Notes: generated from the sequence alone by a model not told the origin. A DNA stretch of 64,000 nt from Synechococcales cyanobacterium VAR_4_metabat_354 (GCA_031414775.1 JANOQI010000062.1:224001-288000), one strand, 5' to 3'. Shown: positions 1 through 9,942, counted from the stretch's first letter. A program made the numbers and translations.

Positions 1-1
1 C

Positions 2-571
2 CTGCGTCAGATTGGCTTGATCCAGTTAATGGCGCAGATTGGGAGTTTCGTGCCCGCTCGGTCAGCGCGGTTGGGTTTAAGCGATCGGATCTTCACCCGG
101 GTCGGAGCTGTGGATGACTTGGCCACTGGCCAATCGACTTTTATGGTGGAGATGAACGAAACCGCCAATATTCTGAACCACGCCACTCCTAAATCCTTAG
201 TATTACTCGATGAAATTGGTCGGGGTACCGCCACCTTTGATGGTCTCTCGATCGCTTGGGCGGTATCTGAATATCTAGCCAGTGTCATTCGATCACGTAC
301 TATTTTTGCTACCCACTACCACGAACTCAACGAACTGGCTTCGATTTTGCAAAACGTCGCTAACTATCAAGTAACCGTCAAAGAACTCCCCAACGAAATT
401 ATTTTTCTCCATCAAGTCAAGCCCGGTGGTGCTAGTAAATCCTATGGAATTGAGGCTGGACGGTTGGCCGGATTGCCACCGATGGTGATCGATCGAGCAA
501 AACAGGTAATGGGACAAATCGAAAAACACAGCAAGATTGCGATGGGATTGCGGGAGTCGGCTGCTGACTAG
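2..571 (+). CDS. mutS: DNA mismatch repair protein MutS, C-terminal part (5' truncated by window)
   Basis: [31 protein letters not shown] (Walker B), FATHYHEL and [13 protein letters not shown] are the hallmark MutS ATPase motifs. Confidence 0.97.
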   Translation: MRQIGLIQLMAQIGSFVPARSARLGLSDRIFTRVGAVDDLATGQSTFMVEMNETANILNHATPKSLVLLDEIGRGTATFDGLSIAWAVSEYLASVIRSRTIFATHYHELNELASILQNVANYQVTVKELPNEIIFLHQVKPGGASKSYGIEAGRLAGLPPMVIDRAKQVMGQIEKHSKIAMGLRESAAD

Positions 572-617
572 TGTTGTGCTAGGCTAGGGAGCAAGAAACT
601 TACTTTGCTTTTTCCTG

Positions 618-1577
618 ATGTCTGACTCTGTCCCGATTCCCATCTTTGATGCTACCGGTTTGCTGCCAGTGGCACCGCCAGACTTCCGATCGGGATTTGT
701 GGGAATTATTGGCCGTCCCAACGTCGGCAAATCGACCCTAATGAATCAGTTGGTAGGTCAAAAGGTCGCCATTACCTCGCCTGTGGCACAGACCACCAGA
801 AATCGCTTACAAGGCATCGTCACCACCGATCACGCCCAAATTATTTTAGTAGATACCCCCGGCATTCATAAACCGCACCATCGCTTGGGCGAAGTTCTAG
901 TCCACAACGCTCAATCGGCGATCAATGCCGTAGATGTAGTGTTGTTTTTGGTTGATGGCAGCGAGAAAGCTGGGGGCGGCGATCGGTTTATTGCCGATCT
1001 ACTAGCCGATGTTACAACTCCAGTAGTACTAGGGCTAAACAAAATTGATGCTTGCCCCGAACCCGCTGTTCTAGAACAAATTTGTGACACCTATCGAGAA
1101 CTGAGTGGTGAGGTAGATTGGTCGATCGCCGAATTTTCGGCTTTGCTCGGCACTGGTTTGATTGAGCTACAAGATTTATTAATTGAGCAACTAGAGCCGG
1201 GGCCATTTTACTACCCACCAGATTTAGTTACTGACCGACCCGAGCGTTTTATTATGGGTGAATTAATTCGTGAACAAATTTTATTACTCACCAAAGAAGA
1301 AGTTCCTCATTCAGTAGCCGTGACGATCGATCGAGTACAAGAAGATGCCAAAATTACCAGGGTTTTAGCCACAATTTATGTAGAAAGAGATTCTCAAAAA
1401 GGGATTTTAATTGGCAAAGGTGGCATCATGTTGAAATCTATTGGTAGTAATGCTCGTGCTGAAATGCAGAAGCTGATTGCTGGCAAAGTTTACCTAGAAT
1501 TATTTGTAAAAGTACAGCCTAAGTGGCGACAATCCCGCCTCAGGTTAGCCGAACTGGGATATCGAATTGAAGACTAA
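618..1577 (+). CDS. era: GTPase Era
   Basis: GRPNVGKST, QTTR, DTPG and NKID motifs, plus C-terminal KH domain with EEVPHSVAV and SQKGILIGKGG. Confidence 0.97.
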   Translation: MSDSVPIPIFDATGLLPVAPPDFRSGFVGIIGRPNVGKSTLMNQLVGQKVAITSPVAQTTRNRLQGIVTTDHAQIILVDTPGIHKPHHRLGEVLVHNAQSAINAVDVVLFLVDGSEKAGGGDRFIADLLADVTTPVVLGLNKIDACPEPAVLEQICDTYRELSGEVDWSIAEFSALLGTGLIELQDLLIEQLEPGPFYYPPDLVTDRPERFIMGELIREQILLLTKEEVPHSVAVTIDRVQEDAKITRVLATIYVERDSQKGILIGKGGIMLKSIGSNARAEMQKLIAGKVYLELFVKVQPKWRQSRLRLAELGYRIED

Positions 1578-1847
1578 TAAATATATTCTCTAATTGCCAG
1601 ACAAAAAGATATATATTCTAAAGATAAAAATGTCAAAGAATTGAATATTTGTTACATCTACAACAAATAGAGAAAAATCTCCAACTATAATATTCGCCAT
1701 GAGCTTTGTAAGTCTGGTTCAGGGATGAACTGTTAGACTATTGCAAATCGGTAGTGTTATGGTCTATCTTTAACCTCAAGCAAATAAACAATTCTTTGCA
1801 TAGCAGATCATACAAACTGTTATTGATGACAATATCAACATAATTTT

Positions 1848-1883
1848 GTTATTACTACAATGAAAGTTATTACTACAATGAAA
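1848..1883 (+). repeat. Exact 18-bp tandem duplication (GTTATTACTACAATGAAA x2) at the start of the next CDS
   Basis: Read directly: 1848-1865 is identical to 1866-1883; each copy contains an in-frame ATG. Confidence 0.9.
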
Positions 1884-4370
1884 ACAAAAGCAAGTTCGGT
1901 AGTAACACTATCGCTGGTTGCGGGTCTTGTGGCGACAGCCCCATCGGTGCTGGCCCAGTTGTCACCAGAAGCAAAATTTCCGCTTCCAGAAAAATTGCCA
2001 GCTGGCACAACTGTCAAAATTGACGGCTCCAAGAGCATGGAAGCTGTAAACAAAGGCTTAGAAGACGGTTTCAAGAAAAAGTTTGCTGATACATCTCTCA
2101 CCACCAGCTACAGCAATAGTAAGCAAGGAATTGAAGCTGTCAAAGAAGGTAAAATTGATTTGGCACCGGTCGGCAGATTGCTGACGAGCGAAGAGCAAGC
2201 GAAAGGCTTAGGTGTTAAATCGCTTGGCTACGAAAAGATTGCAATTATTGTTGGTGAGAATAGTCCTTTTGCCAATGGCAATATCACTCTGAAACAGTTT
2301 GCCAAAATATACCGTGGTGAAATTCAAGACTGGTCAAAAGTTGGCGATCCGAAAGATACCAATAAAATCAGTGGTCCGATCAAGGTAATCGACAGCCCCG
2401 ATGGCAGTGATACTCGTCAGGCTTTTGCTCGCTACTCAGTGTTCAAGAATGGGGTCAAAACCGGTAGTAATGTTGTCAAGTTGACCGAAGAAGGCTCGGA
2501 GACCATTGCGAGCAAATTAGGAACTGATGGAATCAGCTACGTGCCAGTTAGCCAGCTGAAGACCATGAAAGGGGTAAAAGCACTGTCGCTGCACAAAACT
2601 CAGCCAGATGATCCGAAGTATCCTTTCTCTCAGCCCATGGCTTATGTGTACAATAAAGACAAAATTAGTGAAGGAGCTAAAGCACTACTCGGTTTCACCG
2701 ATAGTCCTGAGGGCAAAGAAGCTTTAGTCGCATCAGGGCTGATGACAGCAGCCAGCACTGGCACAGTGAATTCAGCTAGTCAAAGTGCCATTAATGGCGG
2801 TACGAGTAGTGTTAGTCCGGAAGCTACCGTTGACACCACAACCGGTAATAGCGGTGCAGTAACTAGTGGAGAGGGTGGTGGTGGATTGCCTTGGTGGTTG
2901 CTGTTATTTCCCCTAGCTGGATTAGCGGCTTGGGCGCTGTTAGGTCGTAAACGCGAAGTTGAAACCGTTACCCCAGCAGCACCGCTCCAACTAAAGGATT
3001 CTGTAAATACTGGCAGCAGTGTTATTGGTGAGACTACTACCAGAAAGGATGTTGGCGAAGTCAATGTTAACCTGCCGGATAGTTCAGCTGGAGTGGTAAA
3101 AAATACCAATGGTGATTGGCTGAAAGGTGCGGGCTTAGCTGGTGGCGCTGCTCTCGGTGGAGCAGCCATTGCTAGTGGGATAGGAAAAGATAGTGATAAA
3201 TCTGGTAGCTTGAGTGGCGATGTTACCAGTGAACTTCCTCAGATTGATACCAGTAGATCGATCGAAGGCTTCACAGAAGAGGCTTCTGACATTATCCCTG
3301 ATATGAACATCGGTAACCCGGTAGCTGGAATTGCGAACGCCACTGGGGATGTAATCAAAGGCGTTGGTCTAGCTGGTGGGGCGGCTTTAGCTGGTGGCGC
3401 AGCCATAGCTGGTGGCTTTTTGGGTAAAAAAGACAGCCCAGAAGACCAAAATAACAATGAAAAGGATTTTCCTTTTGGCATTGAAAATCCTTTACCTGGT
3501 ATTAAGGATAAAGCAGCTGATCTACTCCAAGAGGGCAAAGATGCTGGCGGAGCAGCTTGGGCTGGAGGTGCAGCCACTGTTGGTGGGGCTGCTGCCGGTG
3601 CTGGTTCGCTCTTTGGGTTAAATAATGATAGTGGTCAACTAGAAGAGCTGAGTTTAGAAAATCCTGAATTTGCTTCAGAAATTTCGGCACTAAATCCGAA
3701 CAAGATTAATATTTCATCAGATTTACCTAGTGGTGATTTAGAGCTACTCAGTGGCGATTTAAATAGCGGAGATTTAAGCCAGTTCAATTTAGATATGCCT
3801 ACTGGTGACTTAGGTATTTCTGCTTCTGATCCTTTTGATGACTCGATTTTATCTGGTGGGTTAGATGATTTCAATCCTTTAGATATTTTGGGTGACTTTA
3901 AAGACAAAGCCGTTGACACCATGAAAGGTGGTGGGGCTGCTGTCGTCGGTGGAATAGCAGCTGCTGGCGGTATTGCCGCTGGTGCTGGACAAGCTGCCAA
4001 ATCTTTTGTTGGTGGCGAGCAGCCTACTCCTAGCGGAGACATGGAAGGCCAAATTACATTGGTTTCACCAAATCCTGCTCAGGCTTATGTTCACTGGGAT
4101 GTGCCGGTGAAGCTGAAGCGTCAGCTGAGACAGCAAGGTGGTAAGAAGCTGGCGGTAAGGATGTACGATGTCACTTCTTTAGATATTAACCAACCACTGC
4201 CTATTCATTTCCAAGAATTCGAGTGTGATGAATTGGCTTGGGATTTACATTTGCCAGTACCTAAAGCCGATCGGCAGTATTTGGTAGAGATTGGTTATGT
4301 TACCGAAACAAATCAATGGATGATCCTAGCTCGATCGACTCCAGTCTGGATTCATTCTAGTGCTGGTTAA
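1860..4370 (+). CDS. PstS-like substrate-binding domain + TM helix + Gly/Ala-rich repeats + C-terminal DUF4912-like domain protein
   Basis: Signal peptide, IDGSKSM PBP motif, GLPWWLLLFPL TM segment, GAGLAGGAAL-type repeats, C-terminal AYVHWD...YLVEIGY...LARS. Confidence 0.75.
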   Translation: MKVITTMKTKASSVVTLSLVAGLVATAPSVLAQLSPEAKFPLPEKLPAGTTVKIDGSKSMEAVNKGLEDGFKKKFADTSLTTSYSNSKQGIEAVKEGKIDLAPVGRLLTSEEQAKGLGVKSLGYEKIAIIVGENSPFANGNITLKQFAKIYRGEIQDWSKVGDPKDTNKISGPIKVIDSPDGSDTRQAFARYSVFKNGVKTGSNVVKLTEEGSETIASKLGTDGISYVPVSQLKTMKGVKALSLHKTQPDDPKYPFSQPMAYVYNKDKISEGAKALLGFTDSPEGKEALVASGLMTAASTGTVNSASQSAINGGTSSVSPEATVDTTTGNSGAVTSGEGGGGLPWWLLLFPLAGLAAWALLGRKREVETVTPAAPLQLKDSVNTGSSVIGETTTRKDVGEVNVNLPDSSAGVVKNTNGDWLKGAGLAGGAALGGAAIASGIGKDSDKSGSLSGDVTSELPQIDTSRSIEGFTEEASDIIPDMNIGNPVAGIANATGDVIKGVGLAGGAALAGGAAIAGGFLGKKDSPEDQNNNEKDFPFGIENPLPGIKDKAADLLQEGKDAGGAAWAGGAATVGGAAAGAGSLFGLNNDSGQLEELSLENPEFASEISALNPNKINISSDLPSGDLELLSGDLNSGDLSQFNLDMPTGDLGISASDPFDDSILSGGLDDFNPLDILGDFKDKAVDTMKGGGAAVVGGIAAAGGIAAGAGQAAKSFVGGEQPTPSGDMEGQITLVSPNPAQAYVHWDVPVKLKRQLRQQGGKKLAVRMYDVTSLDINQPLPIHFQEFECDELAWDLHLPVPKADRQYLVEIGYVTETNQWMILARSTPVWIHSSAG

Positions 4371-4399
4371 TTACTAGGTCCAGCTAAGATTCTAAAAAT

Positions 4400-4428
4400 A
4401 AAACCCGCTGATTAAATCAGCGGGTTTT
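4400..4428. terminator. Bidirectional Rho-independent terminator
   Basis: AAAACCCGCTGAT-loop-ATCAGCGGGTTTT hairpin between convergent genes. Confidence 0.85.
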
Positions 4429-4468
4429 GTCTGTAATTGCTTAATCTATTATAGTTAATTAGCTCTTG

Positions 4469-4843
4469 TTACTGGTGATGAGTCACTTCCACCACGGTAT
4501 GGACATTACCCCGAGGCGAGTAGTCGGCCTTAACAGTAATCGATAATGGATTCATGGCCGTTACTAAATCATCCAGAATTTGATTGGCTGACTCTTCATG
4601 AGAAATAGATCGATCGCGATAGCTATTGATATATAACTTTAGCGCTTTTAACTCCACCACTTTTTGATCTGGGGAGTAGGTGACATAAATGGTCGCAAAA
4701 TCTGGATAGCCAGAAAAAGGACATTTACAGGTGAATTCTGGCAGCGTAATATTCACATCATACTTACGACCAGGGCGAGGGTTGGGAAAAGTTGTTAAAG
4801 TCCCCTCAAGGATGGCACGTTCGCCATATTTCATTTCAGTCAT
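4469..4843 (-). CDS. queF: NADPH-dependent 7-cyano-7-deazaguanine reductase QueF
   Basis: PEFTCKCPFSGYPDFATI, VVELKALKLY, ISHE and PRG motifs. Confidence 0.95.
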   Translation of the reverse strand: MTEMKYGERAILEGTLTTFPNPRPGRKYDVNITLPEFTCKCPFSGYPDFATIYVTYSPDQKVVELKALKLYINSYRDRSISHEESANQILDDLVTAMNPLSITVKADYSPRGNVHTVVEVTHHQ

Positions 4844-4882
4844 GCTAGTTCGCCATATTCTTTGCTTCAAATATGGTAACTG

Positions 4883-5317
4883 CTAGTTATGATTTGTGGG
4901 GCTATTTTGTTCCCAATCTGGACAGTTTTCCCCGTCCCAACCATAGGGATGAAAACCACAAACTAGCAAATTACCACCAAATGTGGTGCCATTATAGTTG
5001 CGGCAGCCCATACAAGCCGGTTGAAACGTGGTAGAAGCCTCTTGTTGTGGCTCGTAATAGGTTGGCCACTCCTCAGTATTTTCCAGATCATTGAAAAAAT
5101 TGAAAATCTGATTTTGACTATCCAAAATTTCGTCAAACCAGCCCGAAATCAGGATCTCTTCCTGAAATTCTTTCATTTCAGTGCTAATCAATTCTATTTC
5201 AGTAACCACAGCTTGACCAATCTCTGCAGCGGCTTCTTGAAATACGGTGTTAAGCTCTTCTGATATGCCGATTACCATTTCCCACACTTCGGTCAAATCT
5301 TTTTGCCAATCGGACAT
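4883..5317 (-). CDS. Conserved cyanobacterial hypothetical protein with Cys-rich C-terminus
   Basis: C-terminal PACMGCRNYNG...LVCGFHPYGW...CPDWE motif. Confidence 0.7.
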   Translation of the reverse strand: MSDWQKDLTEVWEMVIGISEELNTVFQEAAAEIGQAVVTEIELISTEMKEFQEEILISGWFDEILDSQNQIFNFFNDLENTEEWPTYYEPQQEASTTFQPACMGCRNYNGTTFGGNLLVCGFHPYGWDGENCPDWEQNSPTNHN

Positions 5318-5365
5318 ACAATTCCTGCAAGGGTGTTAGTAAAAAGGTTTGCTAGAGAAGTAAGT

Positions 5366-5719
5366 TTACTGCTTTTTGAGACGCTGCAACTCTCGCTGCA
5401 ATTCTTCAACTTGCTGTTGCATACTCGAAACTTGAGGATCCCCAACTTTCGTTTCTTCTTCTTGAATCTCAATTTTACGTGGCTCTTTCGGTTTGGCTGC
5501 TTCTGATTGTCCAGGCTTAACCTGTGCCTGCTGGACAGAACTCAACATGCCGTCAACCATTTTGCGAGCTTCTTCGGCATTGATTTCGCCTTTGGCGACC
5601 ATCTCGTCGGCTAATTTCTGAGCCTGTGCTTTCACATCGCTAGCTTTTTCACCAGCTGAAGCCGCAATTCCTACCCCTAGGTAGAATGCCTTTTGTACAA
5701 AATCACCTAAACCAGCCAT
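5366..5719 (-). CDS. Phasin-family / coiled-coil protein
   Basis: QKAFYLGVGIA...KLADEMVAKGEINAEEARK N-terminus; C-terminal coiled coil. Confidence 0.7.
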   Translation of the reverse strand: MAGLGDFVQKAFYLGVGIAASAGEKASDVKAQAQKLADEMVAKGEINAEEARKMVDGMLSSVQQAQVKPGQSEAAKPKEPRKIEIQEEETKVGDPQVSSMQQQVEELQRELQRLKKQ

Positions 5720-5760
5720 AAATTATAGGTTGTGAAGTGTAACACTTAGGATGCTGAGTT

Positions 5761-5854
5761 GATCCGGAGACCACGCCTGTTATAAGCATCCTGTATTGCT
5801 GCTACCTTCCGGTTCTGACAAGATTAAGGCGTTACGACCGCGCGGGTCCAGATC
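5761..5854 (-). ncRNA. ffs: Signal recognition particle RNA (4.5S)
   Basis: Minus strand contains the SRP helix 8 core GTCAGAACCGGAAGGTAGCAGC within a long hairpin whose ends pair; ends approximate. Confidence 0.92.
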
Positions 5855-5859
5855 AATAT

Positions 5860-6141
5860 CTAGGATAACACGCTACTGGGCATGATTACACACCATTCGT
5901 GTAAATCGTATTCTACGCAATGATTCTGAACAAGTGGGTCAGCGTTTACTAAATGCTGGGCTTCCGCTAGCGAACTGGCCTGGAAAATCATCATGCCGCC
6001 ACCGCGTTCTTTCCAGTAGCCAGTCTGGGCTTGATGACCGCGATCGATCAAGGATTGAACATAGTCCTTGTGTGCCGATACGTGTTTGTCAAACTCTGAC
6101 TTGGGAACAATGCCTTTTTCAATTTTGACAAACCAAGACAT
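5860..6141 (-). CDS. YciI family protein
   Basis: HVSAHKDY, GGGMMIF and DPLV motifs; 93 aa. Confidence 0.85.
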   Translation of the reverse strand: MSWFVKIEKGIVPKSEFDKHVSAHKDYVQSLIDRGHQAQTGYWKERGGGMMIFQASSLAEAQHLVNADPLVQNHCVEYDLHEWCVIMPSSVLS

Positions 6142-6278
6142 GGCAATAGTGAGAATTTATTATTTTTATTTTATATTTTGCTGAAAGTAAATTTCACTAA
6201 TTTTTGTATAGATCGACATTAGGCAATGCCCGGTTGCTGACTTAAGATAAAGAATCATTTGACTTGACAGGATCTCCG

Positions 6279-7118
6279 ATGACGCTTGCCCCCCTTGCCA
6301 CAGCCGACCTATCTAAAATCAAACTAGTAGCCACTGATATTGATGGCACTCTCACCAAAAATCACCGCTTCACCCCGCAGTTAATTACAGCTCTTCTGCA
6401 ACTACAGTCTGCCAATATCGCGGTGTTGCTAGTCACTGGTCGATCGGCTGGGTGGGTGAGTAGCCTCAGCAACTATTTACCAGTGGCTGGGGCGATCGGG
6501 GAAAACGGTGGTTGCTATTTCAGTGGAGCAGCCGACTGTCAACTGCTGCCTAACCTCAAAATCAAAGAAATCAGCAAACATCGCGATAAGCTCGCAGATT
6601 GTTTTTGGCAACTGCAAGGCACTCATGCTCAGCTTCAGGAATCTACTGACAACCGTTTTCGGCTCACTGATTGGACATTTGACCTAACTCAGCTGGATGC
6701 TAGCGATCTGTGGGAAATTGCTGACCAGTGTGAGCGCTGGGGATGGAATTTTACTTACAGTACAATTCAAGGCCACATCAAAATGGTAACTCAGAGTAAG
6801 GCTACTGGGATTAGACAGGTGCTGAAGCAACACTTTCCCAAATTAAAGCCCCAGCAAATTTTGACGGTGGGTGATAGTCCTAATGATGCTTCGATGTTTG
6901 ACCCGGAGCAGTTTCCGCACTCGGTGGGTGTGGCGAATGTGTTGCACTACCAAGACCAGATGGAACATTTGCCTGCTTATGTGACGGCACTACCGGAAGT
7001 TGGTGGCTTTGGGGAGATTGTCGATCGATTAGTGGCTGGTGCTATGGCCGAGCCAGCAATAAACAATGATTCTAAATTCGACAAAATTGCTAGCTACATT
7101 GAACGATCGCTGAGTTAG
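6279..7118 (+). CDS. HAD superfamily hydrolase (Cof/IIB-like)
   Basis: DIDGTLT, VTGR, ENG, K and GDSPND motifs. Confidence 0.88.
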   Translation: MTLAPLATADLSKIKLVATDIDGTLTKNHRFTPQLITALLQLQSANIAVLLVTGRSAGWVSSLSNYLPVAGAIGENGGCYFSGAADCQLLPNLKIKEISKHRDKLADCFWQLQGTHAQLQESTDNRFRLTDWTFDLTQLDASDLWEIADQCERWGWNFTYSTIQGHIKMVTQSKATGIRQVLKQHFPKLKPQQILTVGDSPNDASMFDPEQFPHSVGVANVLHYQDQMEHLPAYVTALPEVGGFGEIVDRLVAGAMAEPAINNDSKFDKIASYIERSLS

Positions 7119-7289
7119 CCTAAGTTCAATTCTTCACAGCTGAATCTATATTATGCTCGCGGAAGTTTCGATTGATCAAAGTCAATTTTTATATTTCACT
7201 AATAGGTTTAATATATAAATACAATTTCTATCTGCTAGGGATATTGCCTAAATGAAAGCAGTTTTGTTAATAAATACTAAGAGATTTAT

Positions 7290-7622
7290 ATGAATCCGAA
7301 CCTAAGTCCTAATCCAAAAAAAGGGTTTTTGGAAATTCTTTTTGAGCCTTCATTTTCTCACTTCATTACACCGAGAGTCGTGGGAATTATCTACTTAATT
7401 TCAGTAGTGTTGATCGGCCTAGCTACCTTGGCGGGAATTTTTGGTGCGCTATCTAATTTATCGACGATGGGTGGCAGTGCATTTTTAATAATTATATTGT
7501 CCCCAGTAGGCTTCCTATTTTATGTCATTCTGTTTCGTGTAATGCTGGAATCTGTTGTGGCCAATATTCGATCGGCTGAGTATTTGAGAATATTAGCAGA
7601 AGATAAGTTTCGGCAGCCGTAG
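7290..7622 (+). CDS. DUF4282-like small membrane protein
   Basis: FSHFITPRVVGIIY N-terminal motif, two TM helices, RVMLE motif. Confidence 0.75.
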   Translation: MNPNLSPNPKKGFLEILFEPSFSHFITPRVVGIIYLISVVLIGLATLAGIFGALSNLSTMGGSAFLIIILSPVGFLFYVILFRVMLESVVANIRSAEYLRILAEDKFRQP

Positions 7623-7909
7623 CATCAAAAATATCCAGTGACTGGGTACCATACTATCCAGCTACTGGGTACTATTAACGTCGCTATTTATTGGGGATGG
7701 TAGCTGAATTGAAGCAAAAATATTAAAGATCGATCGGCTATTGATAGTTAGGGGAATCCCTGAACTTCTTGGTAATTATTTAGCTGGAAACCCTAATGAG
7801 ACCAGACTTCTAGCAACCTGATCGATCGATCGACTTCGGGGGAGACCGAGCAGCTAATCTAGAAACATCAAAAACAACCGATAGCGCTGCTGGCGCAAAA
7901 GCGATCGAC

Positions 7910-8995
7910 ATGGAATTACAAGATTACCTGCGTACCCACGGACTAGAAAAACTAGCTGAAGTTTACAGCATCAAAGCCACCAAGCACCAACAATATCCCC
8001 ATTTGGTCTGTTTGAAATATTCGCAACTAGACTCCCCCATGGGAGCCAAAATCGTCCAGCAATGCCGAGGGATTATCCTCGACCAGGCCAACGATTGGCA
8101 GCTAGTTTCCTATCCCTACGATAAATTCTTCAACCATGGCGAAGGCCACGCCGCCCCTGTGGATTGGAGCAGTGCCCAAGTTTATGACAAGCTCGATGGC
8201 TCTTTGATGACCCTTTATTTTTATGATGGCGAGTGGCGCGTGCAATCCAGCGGCACTCCTGATGGGGCTGGTGAAGTGAGTGGTTTTGGGATGAGCTTTG
8301 CTCAACTATTTTGGAGCGTGTGGGCAGAATTGGGCTATCAACTGCCCGAGGACACAAAATGCTGTTTTATGTTTGAGCTAATGACCAAATACAACCGGGT
8401 GGTTGTATTGCAGCCTACTAATCAATTGGTGTTGCACGGTGTTAGAAACATCCAAACCATGGCCGAGTTAGAACCCCAGCTTTGGAGCGATAAATATGGC
8501 TGGCAATTAGTGGCTCGCCACTCGCTTACCAGCTGGCCAGAAGTAATCGCCGCTGCCCAGCTACTCGACCCGATGAGTTTGGAAGGATACATTGTGTGCG
8601 ATCGACAGTTCAACCGGGTCAAGGTTAAATCACCGCAGTATGTGGCGATCGCTCATCTGCGCAGCAGTTTTTCCACGCGGCGGATGCTAGAAATCATCAT
8701 GGCCAATGAAGGTGAAGAATTTTTAGCCTACTTCCCGGAGTGGACAGACATTTATCAAAAGATTAAGCGGTGCTATCACGAGCTGATCCAAGAAATCGAG
8801 GATGCTTATCAACAACATCAAAATATCGAAGTCCAGAAAGACTTTGCCGCTGCTATTAAGCACCTACCTTATAGCGGGGTATTGTTTTCCTTGCGGTCGG
8901 GCAAAGCCCACAGTGTCAAAGAGTGTTTGCAATCCACGACCATTCATAAGATGGAACAGTTGCTGGGTGTCGATTATATTGATTTAGGAATGTAG
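7910..8995 (+). CDS. T4 Rnl1/RnlA-family ATP-dependent RNA ligase
   Basis: CRGIIL, YDKFFN, motif I KLDGSL, FELM, LVLHGVR, motif IV EGYIV, motif V RVKVKSPQY. Confidence 0.88.
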   Translation: MELQDYLRTHGLEKLAEVYSIKATKHQQYPHLVCLKYSQLDSPMGAKIVQQCRGIILDQANDWQLVSYPYDKFFNHGEGHAAPVDWSSAQVYDKLDGSLMTLYFYDGEWRVQSSGTPDGAGEVSGFGMSFAQLFWSVWAELGYQLPEDTKCCFMFELMTKYNRVVVLQPTNQLVLHGVRNIQTMAELEPQLWSDKYGWQLVARHSLTSWPEVIAAAQLLDPMSLEGYIVCDRQFNRVKVKSPQYVAIAHLRSSFSTRRMLEIIMANEGEEFLAYFPEWTDIYQKIKRCYHELIQEIEDAYQQHQNIEVQKDFAAAIKHLPYSGVLFSLRSGKAHSVKECLQSTTIHKMEQLLGVDYIDLGM

Positions 8996-9002
8996 TGTAG
9001 TT

Positions 9003-9851
9003 ATGAAAAGAGTTGTAGTTTTAGTGGGCTTGCCCGCTTCTGGTAAATCCACTTTTGCCAATAGTTTATTGCTGGCCGAACCGGGTTGTTGGGTGCGCAG
9101 CAATAAAGATTCGTTACGCGCCATGGCACACGCTTCTTACTGGAGTAAAGGTAACGAAAAATTCATTTTGAGATTGCGTGATCAAATTATTATGATGGCG
9201 ATGGCCGATGGTAAAAATGTGATTGTGGACGATACCAACTTTGGCAAGCACATCAACCATATCAAGGAGTTGGTCAAGGGTGAAGCGATCGTGGAAGTTA
9301 ATGATTCCTTTTTGCAGGTGCCACTAGAAGAATGCCTGCGCCGCGATGCTTTGCGTCCGCAGCCAGTGGGCAAGGGCGTGATTATGCAAATGTATCGTAA
9401 ATACGTGCAGGTCTTAATTCCGCCGCCGGTTTATAACCCGCACCTGTCTGATGCAATCATTGTGGATATGGATGGTACTTTGTCATTATTAAATGGCCGC
9501 AGTCCTTATGATGCTTTTACTTGCGACCAAGATCCACCAAATCAGCCAGTGCTCGATACGGTGCTGCTTTGGCAGCAATCAGTGAAAGTAATTATTTTAT
9601 CGGGGCGTATGGATGATTGTCAGGTGCAAACTGAAAAATGGTTGGCGCAGTATGGTGTAAAACCCACTGGGATTTTTATGCGAGCTACGGGCGATCAACG
9701 CAAGGATTCAATTATTAAGCAGGAGATCTTCGATCGAGAGATTCTGGGCAAATACAACATCAAGTTCGTATTGGACGATCGGCAGCAGGTGGTAGATATG
9801 TGGCGAAGTTTGGGTTTGACTGTGTTTCAGGTAGCCGAGGGCGATTTCTAG
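9003..9851 (+). CDS. T4 PseT-like polynucleotide 5'-kinase / 3'-phosphatase
   Basis: P-loop GLPASGKST, NKDSLR, VIVDDTN; HAD domain with DMDGT, SGR, RKDSIIK and DDR motifs. Confidence 0.9.
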   Translation: MKRVVVLVGLPASGKSTFANSLLLAEPGCWVRSNKDSLRAMAHASYWSKGNEKFILRLRDQIIMMAMADGKNVIVDDTNFGKHINHIKELVKGEAIVEVNDSFLQVPLEECLRRDALRPQPVGKGVIMQMYRKYVQVLIPPPVYNPHLSDAIIVDMDGTLSLLNGRSPYDAFTCDQDPPNQPVLDTVLLWQQSVKVIILSGRMDDCQVQTEKWLAQYGVKPTGIFMRATGDQRKDSIIKQEIFDREILGKYNIKFVLDDRQQVVDMWRSLGLTVFQVAEGDF

Positions 9852-9942
9852 AGATGGTGGCGACGCTGACTAGCAAAATCATTTCTGAGTGAATTCAGGG
9901 TATTCTCTTCAGAAGAAGTCACCTAAATTCCTGAAACCGCGA

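Noticed and set aside
2780..4042. Antisense Ala/Pro-rich ORFs opposite the PstS-DUF4912 gene (and similar shadow ORFs opposite psbB, apcE, glnN, acs)
   Set aside because: Shadow frames of well-supported genes with no recognisable motifs
7622..7909. tRNA-like or Y RNA gene upstream of the RNA ligase
   Set aside because: No cloverleaf, T-loop GTTCRA or Ro-binding stem could be identified by eye
7910..9851. Prophage
   Set aside because: No integrase, structural or replication genes or att-like repeats nearby
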